Origin: an uncultured Methanosarcinaceae archaeon
GTDB lineage: Archaea; Halobacteriota; Methanosarcinia; Methanosarcinales; Methanosarcinaceae
Length of the DNA: 64,000 nucleotides
NCBI GenBank assembly: GCA_963733675.1
Contig: CAVTET010000012.1
Coordinates: forward strand, 160,001 to 224,000
Direction of reading: 5' to 3'
Under the pieces are notes generated by a model, which was given only the letters and a program-made list of their open reading frames with translations, ran no database searches and was not told the DNA's origin. Below, in pieces: positions 1 through 11,894 of the stretch. The position numbers were made by a program, and so were the translations under genes. Each line of letters starts with the position of its first letter. Position 1 is the first letter of the stretch.

Positions 1-1345
1 TCGACTTGGGTATTTGGCAGATAGGGAATTAACTGCATAGAGCTGATGCCTCTTTCTGACGTTGAGACGAGATTGGACTGGGGATATATGCCAATAGGGT
101 ATTTCGGTGTAGCTGAGCGCTTTGGAAATAGAAACGATCTGCGACAGTTGATCGACGCAGCTCACTCTAACGAAATTGCAGTCATAGTAGATTCCGTCTA
201 TGGACATACCAGTGCACTTTTCCCTTACTATTATGTTTACAACCAGCTCCACTGGCCAATGGATAGAAACCCTTTCATGGGGACTTTTGCTGAGGACAAA
301 TATGGAATTAGTACTGACTTCAACTACAAATTTACTCGTGACTTCTTTTTGACGGTCAATAATCATTGGCTCGAAGATTATCATATAGAGGGTTTTCGAT
401 ACGACGACGTGCCAGAGTATTGGCTGACAGATTATGAAAACGGCTACACGAAAGTGGTAAAGGATACTTACCAGCTGGTCAAAACAAAAAAGGGCTCTTC
501 CGACCATTGGCAAAGATTTTTCAATGAAGGTTCCCTAAACCTCATCCAGTGTGCCGAACAGCTTCAAAAACCGATAGAGATCCTGAATAATACGTTACAG
601 TAACTGTACCTGGCAAGATGAAACCCTGAATGCTGCCATGGGAGTAGCAGGAAGTACTGATCAGCTAACCAATCTAGGCTTTCTTTTTGGGCTTTCTGGT
701 TATCCGGCAGAAGTTCAGAATAACGGGGATATGATCACGAAAACTGCAATCCAGTATCTGGAAAATCACGACCATTCTAGTTTTATCTGCAATTTCGGTA
801 CAATTGCCAGCGATGACGAACTTTTGAAGACAGGTGACCGTTCCCTTTGGTATAAGGTACAGCCTTATCTAATAGGCTTGTTTACAGATAGAGGAATCCC
901 TAAGCTGTGGCAGGGGCAAGAATTTGGGGATAACTACTATCTTCCTCAAGAAGGGGGGGAAGGGTGCTTTTATATAGGCCTGTACACTGGGAATACTTCT
1001 ATACCACAGAAGGCAAATCCCTTGTCCAACTTATCCGAAAGCTGATAAAGCTTAGGAGGAATAATCCTCAGTTTACCAGGGGAGAGCATTATTTCTACAA
1101 CGACTCTGTTCTGTATCAGTCCCGAGATATCATGCTTTTTTCTCGGAGTTACAATGGAAGTTTTCAGCCTGGTAGCATTGAACTTTGGAGCCCAGAATCA
1201 GGTAGTGTCATTTAAATTCCCCTTCAGTGGCAATTATCATGAAGAACTTTGGGAATCGGACAATTTAATTGATGTTTCCGCAGGCAAGGAAGTCCAAATT
1301 GAAATACCCAGTAATTACGGAAGGATTTGGACACTGAAAAAATGA
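1..1345 (+). pseudogene. Glycoside hydrolase family 13 (alpha-amylase / branching enzyme / TreZ-like), 5' end outside window, split by three frameshifts
   Basis: Consecutive ORFs 46..603, 638..1045, 964..1215 and 1154..1345 carry GH13 motifs in order: ELMP..WGY, VIVDSVYGH, GFRYD, CAEQ, YLENHD, GIPKLWQGQEFG, LIKLRR. Frame changes occur near 597, 955 (G tract) and 1160. Confidence 0.8.
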
Positions 1346-1544
1346 CGGACATAATAGCTTCAGAAAGCTGTTCTATTAGTTTTAGGGTTCTGGTGCAAAA
1401 AATCTGGCCTTGTTACAAAATCAATGAAAAACTTCACAATTAGGAAATTTAATCGATATCATCAAGGGAAAAATGATATACAAAGGCAATAATTAAAGTG
1501 TCAAACTGCTGAAATATTATTTTTGCACCAAAATCGATGACCTA

Positions 1545-2979
1545 GTTTCTGATTAAACAAAGCAGTCCATCCAGCCCAAAGAGGAGCTGTACCGCTTGTC
1601 CCCCCCAATGGTCATCTGCTGTCCACCTACCAGAATCTGATAAGCCAGTGGACGGATCAGCATCATCTGCTATACCAGGCACACCCCGTCCGATGCGTCC
1701 ATTAGGGTTTGCCGACGGTGAGACATTCACATTAATCTGATAGTCCGGCAAATCAAGTACCTCACTTATCCCTCCACCTGTCCCGCAGGGGTGGTCACAA
1801 CCTCCATTCCAGACAACCTCGTTGAGATAGTATTGACCTGTACTTCTATCGTGGTACCGCCTACCTAGTGCATATGAACTGGAACATGGGATCCCACCAT
1901 GAAGGCGATCGTCATCCATCCCATCAGTGAACCGACATCACCCACGGAATAGCAAACAGTCACTCCTAAAGCAAGTGTTTCTTTTAAAGTTTCATCCATA
2001 TTATTTTTACCCTGATCGGAACAACCAATTTCAGGACCATCACAACTGATTGAAATAACTGAGGGTTTATTGAGGTTGTCGTGTACGTCTGCTGAGACAG
2101 CGTCAACGAATCCTCGGTCGCCATTGCTGGGTGCAAAGCAAACGATTATCTGCGCACCAGGAGCTATAAGCACCCACGACCTCGACATCGAGAGCAACTT
2201 CGATATCTGTATCAGAATTGATGCCTGGAAGATTGCGGCTTCCATCAACGGTACTGCTTTGATGTTTGGAACAGGAATCCCAAGATTGGCAAACTATTTC
2301 TTGAGATCAGCGGTACGGTAGCCACCTCCAAATTCGAGAATAGCGATGCACTCGCCAGTACCATCTAAGCCTTTCGTGAAATCATCGAGTTCTGCTATTT
2401 GAAGTGGGGTATAATTAGGACGCCCTTCAACGTGAGGCTTTATATTGCCCCTCTTTCACCTAAAATGCGTCAGTGGGGACGAGCCTGTGGTCGATCGTCA
2501 AGACCAAAAACACCTTCCACTATTGGAGCGATGTCCTCAGGTAATTATAGGTCCGGTATGGCCACGGTAAGAGCCTTCTGGATATATTCATAACGTGCTA
2601 GATAAACTCCAAAAGCTACGCTAAGAGAAGCCATTGTTCCTTCTAAAATCACACGACGCTCTGCTGGTTTTATTTCCACTACGTTTAGGCCGTATTCATG
2701 TACGAATTCCTCTATCTTTGCCAAATCGGCTGGATCTGCTCCATAAGATGTAGCTAATTCATCCCGGCTGAGGTACTTACGCTCACTAGGCTTTTGAGCA
2801 CTAAGCCCTTTGATCACAGAGCTAAGTTCTTTGTTTGAGGGATTGCGACGTACTATCACTGTTGCTGTCATTTCTTCGTTTGGATCGATTGCACCTACAA
2901 TGTGAACTCCAGGAAGAGCTGCACGCTCACTACCTTCGATTGGAATGCGATTTTTGGATGATGACATAGTTCCTGACAT
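1545..2979 (-). pseudogene. Sedolisin/kumamolisin (peptidase S53) with pro-domain, multiply frameshifted
   Basis: Pro-kumamolisin N-terminus (GSERAALPG...YGADPADL...YGLNVVE...RRVILEGT) in 2545..2979. Catalytic-region fragments IAPGAQII, VISIS, GTGGGISEV, GRGVPGIADDADPSTG lie in separate frames. Confidence 0.85.
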
Positions 2980-3140
2980 AGTTCCTCCTTATTTATGTTT
3001 TGGGTTTTAGACCATAATATAAAAATTTCTAGAGTTATTTTAAATTAATTATACAAAAAATAGTTTCTGAATGAAAATTACTCACTTATAAAATATTTTA
3101 ACGTCGTATAAATTATTTATATAAAAAACTAATTTCTGAA

Positions 3141-3300
3141 TAAAATTTACTTCGTTATAAAAGTTAACTATCTAAAAAATAGTTTCTAAATAAAATTTAC
3201 TTCGTTATAAAAGTTAACTATCTAAAAAATAGTTTCTAAATAAAATTTACTTCGTTATAAAAGTTAACTATCTAAAAAATAGTTTCTAAATAAAATTTAC
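3141..3300. repeat. Perfect tandem repeat, 50-bp unit x3.2
   Basis: Unit TAAAATTTACTTCGTTATAAAAGTTAACTATCTAAAAAATAGTTTCTAAA at 3141, 3191 and 3241, partial at 3291; degenerate copies at ~3050-3140. Confidence 0.95.
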
Positions 3301-4802
3301 CTTGCCATAAAATGTTTTAAAATCTAACAACATTTTCATATTAACTATGTTTTTATTATTTTAAGATATATTCAGGAGTTTGACATTGAGCTTTTTACTA
3401 AAAAGCAACCCAGATTAATCTTGGATCAAATTAAAGTAAAAATCTTTAAATGTGTGGTAGCGTTCGTGAGTCTTGAACAAATTTGAAGAATTATTGTACT
3501 CCAAATTTTGAGAAATAATGATTAAAAGTTTTCAATGAAGACAAAAGCTTGAAAATTATTGGCCTATCCAAAAAAAATATTTGAGTAAGCAAACCGATTT
3601 TCAGAAATAACGATAACATAAAAACTGTCAAAATTAAAAGGGTACTTGTGGCGAGTCAGTTAATAATGTAGTTATTTTTATAAAACATATGTATTTGGCC
3701 CCACTTCAAATAAAGATGCCCATAAAACTCAAATTTAACTGAGAAATGCAGAGATTTTACCTCAAAAAACTATGCGCTAAAAAAATGAAGACCTACATTT
3801 TGTCGAAGGGATTTAAAAGAGCGATCATAAAGTATTAGCTAAAAAGTGTGAAAGTAAATAGATTAGCGTTGCTTTTTTTGAAGTGGTTAAATTTTTCAGC
3901 TGAAAAGTCTCAGTTCCCTTTATAAAAATAAAAGCAAGAAGGTTATATTTTTTTTCAATACGACGGTAGTTTAAAAACTAATCTCACTTCAATAAAGTGT
4001 AACCAAGTAGGCAACAAATTTCGCGCTTGTATACTATACCAAATTCTAAAAGCGTCTTTAAATAAAATAATCTGGACAAGTTTTGATGGGATTCCAGCGG
4101 GAAAAAAATTGAGATTAATTGGAATCCTCAAAGATTTTGTTGTAGATAAAAATTTTCGGCTGGATAATTAATCAAATATAATCATTTACTTTAGGATCAA
4201 AATTAATAAACTCAAAGTAAAAACATATTAATTTATATATAAATAGTCATATATACAGTGTAATATTTTTACCCGATCAATTACTTGCAAATGCAAAATA
4301 TATATAATAATACTAAAATTAAGCCTGTATGTTTTATGACATCTATGGTTCAGCTAGGCTACCATATACACGCCTAAATTTATTATATAAATATAGCTAA
4401 ATAATATAGTGCAAAATTATGAATATCTAAAATTAATATGCATCCTTGTAAGCTTCACAACTATGGAATTCGTAGATCTTAGGCGCAAAATCAAGTGTTT
4501 TAGGCTTTGTAGTACAAACATAAATTTCAAACAGTCAAAGTTTTACTGCGATTGATTTTTCAGTTTAATTGTATAATCACCAAAAGAGGCATTATGATAG
4601 TTATTAACTAATATATATAATTAGTAATTGAAAAAATACAATATATATTTGATATAATTTATAACTAAAAATAACTAAAACTTTAAATTTTATATAGTAT
4701 ATACATATTAAAACATATATTATTTAATCTTTTTCTTAACTATTACATATTTTAATTCAAAAATTATGAAACAATTCAACGTATTTTATTATATACATTA
4801 AG

Positions 4803-4850
<48 letters not shown>

Positions 4851-6337
4851 AAAATATCACAATCTAAATTGTGTGAAGAGTACAAACTAAAAAACCTTAT
4901 AAAAAATATTATCTATAATATATATAATTATTTGCAGAAATCTGAAAATAGTGTATTAGAATAATAAAATTGCAATAATTTTCTATAATAATATATTGAT
5001 AAATTAGTATTCAACTAACAGATGGTACACTCATAGTTCTTGATTATAAATTATAAACATAGATGTATAATACCTAAAGATGATTTCAGAGTAATTTTTA
5101 ATAAAAAATCCAATGTAAGAAAAAGATGCATGATCCATAATTCCCCTCAAAAATGAGATTTCTGTGATTTAGATTCATTTTTAGGATGTTCCTAATTGAA
5201 TTTCTTGGGGCATGGGTAATAAATTGAGTGAAACCAGATCAGGCTTCTAAAATTTTAAAAATGAACGATATCATTTGTTGTTCAGTTAATTCTAAATCCT
5301 TGCATTGCAAATCTTGTTTCTTGAGTCAATTTTTTACATTCTATTGATATTCTAGAAAAATGTTCTATTATACTATAAGAACGAATTTTTCAGTTGATAT
5401 AATTTTGCATTTAACCCCCTATTTTGTTAAGTCAATTATTCCAAAGACTATATGAATTCGCAGGTTTTGGCCGACAGACCCCCCATTAAATGAGAAAAAA
5501 TATCAAAAAAAATTAGTGGATTAATTGGAATCCATTGTACATAATGACTATAGGCATGAAACAAAAATAATCTATGGCCAAGAAAAAAATAACTAACGAT
5601 TAGATTTCGAAGAGTAGTTAAAATTCCTATTCGCTTTTTTAAATATTCCTCCTTTTTGAACTATATGTTGCTATAATGACTTAAATCAAAGAGTCTATAC
5701 TTCGTCAACGGGATTAATGTGGAAACATATAGTAGTTAAGAACAAGCTGGGATTTAAAAATAGATTTTTTAATTAAAACTCGTACTGGGTATATAGATTA
5801 AATATGTAAATCAACTTCAGCAAGGTAGTAAGCTAACCTTCTGTAAAATTACAAACGTTAAAAAATTTTGAGGAAAAAATCAGGCATGAGAACCTAATTA
5901 CATACAACACTTGTAATTTGAATTAAAATTTAACCCAAATTTGTGAAATTTTTATATTAATCACTCCCACAATAAATTTAGGCAATCCTAGATATATTCA
6001 AAAATCGTAAATTTTGTTATTTTACATCAATTAGAACCAAAAAATAAGATCAAAAAATAATAAGAAGTCTCAAAAAAAATGTATCAACATATAACTCTTA
6101 TAATACAAATTAGTACATATTTTTAGTAAATTTTTATGTGCTACATTTCGGCAGATATATTTTTTATTCTCACTATTTTGCATCCTTAGATGTAATCAAA
6201 TAAGTTTAATTTTATCAAAATATAAATTTAAGATGTAATATTATACAAATACTTACCTCAATATTTGGTTTTGCATCGAACATAAAATACAATTGCACAA
6301 ATGAAAATGTAGTGAGTCACTAAATTGGGTGACGTAG

Positions 6338-6802
6338 TTATAATTCTAATCGTATATCAAATATTTCTTCAAATAATTTGTATTTTTTCCGTGCTCTATA
6401 CAAATACTGACGAATTGGAGTTTCATTTCTTGTCCTGGCAAAGAGAGCTTCAATTTCCCCTCTGGAAAAAACAGCCTGAAGTTTTTTGATGGATAATTTC
6501 TCAAGCTCTTTACTGTCGTTGATTACCTGATTACTTATTGTAATTGGGATTGGGAGCAAAGATAATGGGACTTCATCTATCCAACTCCACTCCAAATCGT
6601 AGAGGTTTGCGTAAAAAGCTCGGCATGAAACACATCTTGTCACAACCACATTTGTCTCACTTACAGAGTGATAACTAAGGCTAACAAGCATTGCAGAACA
6701 GTTACTACAGCTTCCGATCTCATTTTTATCCAGGTCGTACGCAGATATTCGGCTTTCTCCAATGCAAAGATAATTATCCGTAAGATCGTACCTATATTCC
6801 AT
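6338..6802 (-). CDS. Conserved hypothetical protein with two CxxC pairs (Zn-ribbon-like) and a basic helical C-terminus
   Basis: 154-aa ORF with CSNC and CVSC motifs; C-terminus RQYLYRARKKY. Confidence 0.7.
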   Translation of the reverse strand: MEYRYDLTDNYLCIGESRISAYDLDKNEIGSCSNCSAMLVSLSYHSVSETNVVVTRCVSCRAFYANLYDLEWSWIDEVPLSLLPIPITISNQVINDSKELEKLSIKKLQAVFSRGEIEALFARTRNETPIRQYLYRARKKYKLFEEIFDIRLEL

Positions 6803-6915
6803 TTGATCAGCTCTTGGAAGAGGTTGAGGGTGGAATTTATGTTATTAGTCACTATGCCTTTTTTGACTTTTTTTCTGCTTCTTTGGTCTAAGGTTATTAA
6901 CATATTAATATTGAT

Positions 6916-7770
6916 GGTTCCGTTGCAAAAAATTCAAAAAAATATGTAGATGTATAAGTAATGAATAAAAATCAAAATATTCGAGGAAAATATACTAACA
7001 TTATAAAGCTATACCAAATAATTGATTAATGTATTTGACTTCATTAAGAATAGAGTAATTTAGATTATTGACTTGTCCTTTTTTGATCATATTCATAGCT
7101 TCAATTCCTTTTAAGGTTTTATTAGCAGATCGAAAAGACTGAAATCCTAACATTGGATTAACGATTCGCTTTATAGATCTGTGATCTTGTTCTATAATTT
7201 TATTCAAATACTTGATTTGTCGAATGCCTACGTTTTTAGGTAGTATTGTATCAATTTTTAGTTTACCTATAGCAGGTGGATAAGCTGGATTCTTATCAAC
7301 GGTTATTACTCTTGGAATTTGATTATGATTAGAACTCAAAGCTTTCTTAAAGAATCTCTTCGCTGCTTTTCTGTTTCGTTTTGCACTTAACATGAAATCA
7401 ATTGTATCTACATTGGAATCAACTGCTCGATAAAGATATTTCCATTTACCTTTTACTTTGATATAGGTTTCATCAACTCTCCATGAATCATTTGTTGGTC
7501 TTAAATGTCTTCTTATCTTCTTTTCTATTTCAGGGGAATATTGATGTACCCATCTCATGATTGTTGTATGGTCGACTTTTACTCCCCTTTCTGCCATCAT
7601 TTCCTTTAAATTTCTATAACTTAATGCATATTTTAAGTACCATCTTACATTCAATAAGATAATTTCCCCTTCATAATGCTTCCATTTAAAGGAATTAGAT
7701 AGCATGTTACTATCTTTGGTTTTCTTTTTATTCTATTGTATCATTAGAAAGGATTTTTTGCAACGGAACC
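6916..7770 (-). mobile_element. IS6-family insertion sequence, 855 bp, standard ends
   Basis: Terminal inverted repeats GGTTCCGTTGCAAAA at 6916 and TTTTGCAACGGAACC ending at 7770; encloses the transposase. Confidence 0.95.
7001..7705 (-). CDS. IS6-family DDE transposase
   Basis: FKWKHY..VRWY, WRVDETYIKVKG.W.YLYRAVD, TVDK.PAY, IEQDHR.IK motifs; intact 234 aa. Confidence 0.95.
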   Translation of the reverse strand: MLSNSFKWKHYEGEIILLNVRWYLKYALSYRNLKEMMAERGVKVDHTTIMRWVHQYSPEIEKKIRRHLRPTNDSWRVDETYIKVKGKWKYLYRAVDSNVDTIDFMLSAKRNRKAAKRFFKKALSSNHNQIPRVITVDKNPAYPPAIGKLKIDTILPKNVGIRQIKYLNKIIEQDHRSIKRIVNPMLGFQSFRSANKTLKGIEAMNMIKKGQVNNLNYSILNEVKYINQLFGIAL

Positions 7771-8047
7771 CATGGATAAGGGTTATGATTTCAACGATAT
7801 CAGAAAATTGGTTGAAGACTATGGTTATACTGCGCATATCAAAAGTCGCGGGGAAGAAAACATAAGAGAAGAGAAATATCTGGTTTTAGGGCAAGAAGAT
7901 GGGTTGTAGAAAGGACACATTCTTGGCTGAATAGATTCAGAAGACTCCTTATAAGATGGGAAAAGAAAATTGAAAATTACCTTGCTATCCTACATTTAGC
8001 GTGCGCATTGATAACATTCAGATCAGCAGGACTTTTCGGATAGCCTA
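7771..8047 (+). mobile_element. 3' fragment of an IS5-family (IS427/IS1031-like) element abutting IS6
   Basis: Near-identical to 41236-41510 (MDKGYD...RRWVVERTHSWLNRF); ends with IR TTTTCGGATAGCCT. Confidence 0.9.
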
Positions 8048-8569
8048 TAAGTTGAGAAACCAATCTTCAGCAACTTTCCAGTTATTGCATATTATCGTTT
8101 TCTTTACTTAAAGCGTCGATGCGCGGAAATGAACTCATAGTTCTTTTTAGTAAACTTTTGAAAAGTAGCTTTACATAACACCAGTTCTATCGTTATTCTT
8201 AAGACAAAAGTAGCAATCTCAAGATTTGAGAAAAACTATATTAAGAGCAGATATTTCTTTTAAAATTCTATAATTTCAGATCTTGAAATTATTCAGAAAC
8301 AGAAATTCTGCTCGAATATTTATCGAAGACTGGTATGTGTTGCTGGTTAAGCATAAATGTAGAAACTTTTGATTATGCAATTGATTTTTGATTTATTGCA
8401 GCCATTCAAAGTTAATTGATGGTAATATCTGGTAAACAGGAGTTATTAAAAAGTTTTATGCATTTAAAAGAGCTTTCACTATATCATGTAATTATTAAAA
8501 TTAAATATTTTGATTAGCTCGACGATACCTTTCTAACTAGTACCTCTGATTATAATACAGTTTTTATTT

Positions 8570-9030
8570 ATACTGCAAGTTGTATCATCGACCAGGGTTC
8601 CAATGTAACCTCAATCACTCAAAAGCTCACAACACAGTAACTGTTTTTAATCAAAGAGCATTCATTAAAGATTTTTCTTGCTGTGATACTTTTTATGATT
8701 TGCATCACTCCTGGTTGATAACACTTTGGTTCATAAGCGATGAAATGACGTACAAGACTACCATTAATGTCGATTACATCAAACTCAGAAAGTGTGCCAT
8801 TTATCAATCTCAAAGAAAATAAATTTGAAATAATTAATTATATAATTGTCTGGAAAGAATTTCCCCAATCATTCATACAAAGAAAGTTATATCCAGTTTT
8901 AAAAGTACAATTACTTGTAATCCATGTTTCCATTTTATATTTCAAAGGCAGCTTCAAATAGAAATCAATCAGTTCATAACATTTTCCAGGGGAATTCATT
9001 ACCTACAGCAAGCTATGGATATCGGCTTAA
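8570..9030 (-). mobile_element. Degraded IS200/IS605 tnpA (HUH transposase) relic
   Basis: Fragments VMQIIKSITARKIF and GYIGTLVDD; terminal motif ACCTACAGCAAGCT related to 27812 and 17801. Confidence 0.7.
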
Positions 9031-9129
9031 ATCATGCCTGCGGGATATTCTTGACTAGATGACTTCTTTTATATTGAAAAAAATTATAGATAATCAAATT
9101 TTCCTCTAATTTTTTTTCTTCGAGTGGAT

Positions 9130-9720
9130 CCTGTCCAAATATTCATCTCTAATTTCTGTATTTGACCCGATATTTACTTTTCTAATTCATTATTCTTTGG
9201 TTTTAAAGATAGCTTTTACTATCCTTTAAATACTCCTTTTATTTTCGATGTCATCAAAAGATGGTAATTATACCAAAAAGCTGTACATAACATCTTCAGA
9301 TTTAATCTTTGAAAATAGTGGCAAGAACTTTTCCTGCTTTGAATATCTTCTTAGTTACTGCATAAACTCGTTACTCTTAAATTCTTTTGAGCTGATATCT
9401 TGTTTTTAAATATATCACCCGTTTCCAAAGGATATTTCTTAATGCTCTTTTAATTGTTACATCATAACCTTTTGATTTTGTGCCAAAGTAACTTCTGTCT
9501 ATATAAATCACTTCATTTTTTCTGACAAATCTAACTGAAGATCATTAAGTGATGTAGTTGTTGTTTTGAATCTTCTGATCAGCTCATATTTCCTGTTTAT
9601 TATGCTAAGACGTTCATATCCAAAATGTAACTACCACCCTTTTTTTCAGATCCTGTCTCTGCATCTCCTTGTTCTTGCTTCACTTTCTGAGGCTTATCCT
9701 CTTTTGCATGTCACGAAACT
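9130..9720 (-). mobile_element. Degraded IS5-family transposase relic
   Basis: Reverse strand reads ELIRRFKTTTTSLND...DRSYFGTKSKGYD, homologous to 49170-49740. Confidence 0.75.
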
Positions 9721-9870
9721 TGATGTATAAAGAGTAACTTTCTAAATCATATTATTTTTTATTTTCAAGCAATGTAATCAAGTTGACTTTCATCAGGAAG
9801 AATAAATTTACAAATCTATATATAGAACTACAACTGACATAGTTTACTAATGCAGTAAAGGTGGTAATTA

Positions 9871-10188
9871 ATGGTATCCATCCGAGCTAAAATTAATTCC
9901 AGATTAGAGAAATTTCTAGAAGTAGATTATAGTGGATATCGAAGAGCTATACTATGCTTCTTCATCCAAGTAAAAAAAACAACTATAGATGAACTGCATG
10001 AAATGCTATGTGGTAGGTATAGCGTTTCGAGAAACACAGTTGCATCTATGGTAGGGTACATTCACTCGAAACTCGGAATCTTGAGAGCACACAAAGAATC
10101 ATATAAAACCCCAATGGTTTACTTCCTGAGAGAAGAATATATGGATCTGCTTATGAAGATTGTAAGTTCATCTAAAACGTCTATTTAG
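9871..10188 (+). CDS. DUF2551-like winged-helix hypothetical protein
   Basis: 105 aa; motif VASMVGYIHSKLGIL characteristic of this methanogen family. Confidence 0.75.
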   Translation: MVSIRAKINSRLEKFLEVDYSGYRRAILCFFIQVKKTTIDELHEMLCGRYSVSRNTVASMVGYIHSKLGILRAHKESYKTPMVYFLREEYMDLLMKIVSSSKTSI

Positions 10189-10234
10189 TGAATTATCTAC
10201 TGAAATTATAGCCACCTAAAATCATCTGATTAAA

Positions 10235-10639
10235 ATGTCACTTGTGAAAAACGCACCCAGAACAGCAACCACTATCGTAGTAAGATCAGATGCAAATGCA
10301 CGCATAAGTCATTCAAGGGATCCATATTACAGCCTTATGCGACGTATTTTTCAGGAAGAAACTACCGCTGCTAGGGGTCAGAAGTTTTTGATAATTATTG
10401 AAAAGCGGCAAGCTGCAGGAGAAGCAATTCGGACTGAAGAATGGAAGTCCCTCCTTGAAGAACTGCAGATCAGTCGCGCCTCATTTTACGCAATGCGCAA
10501 CAAGTTACTCGGAGCAGGACTCATCTCGATAAAAAATAAAGAATACAGGCTTTCAGGTCAGTTCTCAAGGGATCTTCTGGATATGGCTCGCTGGTGGTGG
10601 ACTGCAGTTCTTAATCAGCGAGGGGAAATTTTATACTAA
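10235..10639 (+). CDS. Conserved hypothetical protein, probable winged-helix DNA-binding domain
   Basis: 134 aa; ISRASFYAMRNKLLGAGLISIKNKEYRLS is wHTH-like; adjacent to and co-oriented with the upstream gene. Confidence 0.7.
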   Translation: MSLVKNAPRTATTIVVRSDANARISHSRDPYYSLMRRIFQEETTAARGQKFLIIIEKRQAAGEAIRTEEWKSLLEELQISRASFYAMRNKLLGAGLISIKNKEYRLSGQFSRDLLDMARWWWTAVLNQRGEILY

Positions 10640-10774
10640 GAAGGGATGCTATTTTTCATTGAGATTCAATTTCAATATCTAGAAACCTCAACAGAAAGCT
10701 ATATATATAGAATTCTCCCTTAGAAGATGTACTCTAAAGAGAATAAAATTCACTACATAGCGAAAAATCAATGA

Positions 10775-10847
10775 AGCCCGGTAGTGTAGTGGTCAATCAT
10801 GTGGGACTCTGGATCCTGCAACCTCGGTTCGAATCCGTGCCGGGCTA
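10775..10847 (+). tRNA. tRNA-Gln (anticodon CTG)
   Basis: Acceptor AGCCCGG/CCGGGCT, D-arm TAGTGTAGTGGTCAATCAT, anticodon loop CT-CTG-GA, T-loop GGTTCGAATCC. Confidence 0.95.
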
Positions 10848-11009
10848 TCTTATCCTGTAGACAAACATATTTTTGTTCTTTTTTGAGAAAATGTCAAAAA
10901 ATTTTTTGCCCACATTTTTAGTAATTTATGAACACGATCAAAATATATCTTTGAATTAGGGTTATGCAAATTTAAATAATTTCCTGCAAAGCAGGAAATT
11001 GTCTAAGTC

Positions 11010-11894
11010 CTAGGTAGAATTATCATGGATATTTACATTGATTTCGTTCGTATGTACATGTGCTATCGCAGGGCCAGCTAAATCATGAAAATTGTTGCCA
11101 TAAACTTCTGTATTTGAAACAGTCCCCTCTAATTCTAAACCTGAATATCCACCACCAGATGTAGTGCATTCATTATTCGCAAACACGCCATTGGTAACCT
11201 GATAGAATCGACAGGATGAATTAGTCCTATTGACAAATCTACTGTTTATAACTTTAATACCAGTGACATCATAGGCACTTATGCCATCATGTCCACACTT
11301 GTTTATAGCAACTTTATCTATTCTTACATCGTTACATTTATTGATAAGAACGGCATCATTGCATCCATTCTGGAATGTAACATCATGAATTGCTAATTTA
11401 TTACAACCTATCAAAGTTGCCATGTTGTAACAAGAGGTTCCGAGCCTTATATTTGAATAATAGTCTGATTGACTACCATCAATAATTAAGTTTTTAATTA
11501 TAATATTGGTTGCATAATTATTTTTGATCATAATCATAGCTTTTTCGTCTGTAATTTTACTACTGCGTCCACCCCATACGGATAAACCTGGAGCAAGTTT
11601 AATTTTTACGTCTGAATCTCCCTCAAGGACTGTATCACTGCTGATTTTAAGAGTATCGCTTATGTAGTACGTGAACTGGCCTTTAAGATGGACAGTTGTA
11701 CCTGGGTTATTAGCTGCATAATCAAGTGCTTTGTTAATCTGGACTTGATCGTCTTTTCCATCACAAATAAAATTTCCGCTTCCATCTCCTGAAACCGTTA
11801 TAGTTCGAGTGTTATGGCCGCCTAATGCAGCTGGTACGGTTGTTAAAATAAGGCACGTTACTAGGATTGAAGTTCCTAGCTGTCTTTTTAGCAT
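11010..11894 (-). CDS. Secreted right-handed parallel beta-helix protein (disaggregatase-related cell-surface family)
   Basis: Signal peptide; TVSGDGSGNFICDGKDDQVQINKAL..A...TTVHLKG.FTY.ISDT motif; Asn-rich beta-helix repeats. Confidence 0.8.
   Translation of the reverse strand: MLKRQLGTSILVTCLILTTVPAALGGHNTRTITVSGDGSGNFICDGKDDQVQINKALDYAANNPGTTVHLKGQFTYYISDTLKISSDTVLEGDSDVKIKLAPGLSVWGGRSSKITDEKAMIMIKNNYATNIIIKNLIIDGSQSDYYSNIRLGTSCYNMATLIGCNKLAIHDVTFQNGCNDAVLINKCNDVRIDKVAINKCGHDGISAYDVTGIKVINSRFVNRTNSSCRFYQVTNGVFANNECTTSGGGYSGLELEGTVSNTEVYGNNFHDLAGPAIAHVHTNEINVNIHDNST

Noticed and set aside
3141-3300. Possible CRISPR array
   Set aside because: Units are identical head-to-tail with no unique spacers, and there are no cas genes in the window.
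4088-4112. ORB-like TTCCAGCGGGAAA in an AT-rich region, suggesting oriC
   Set aside because: Single imperfect match, no G-string, no partner ORB and no adjacent orc1/cdc6.
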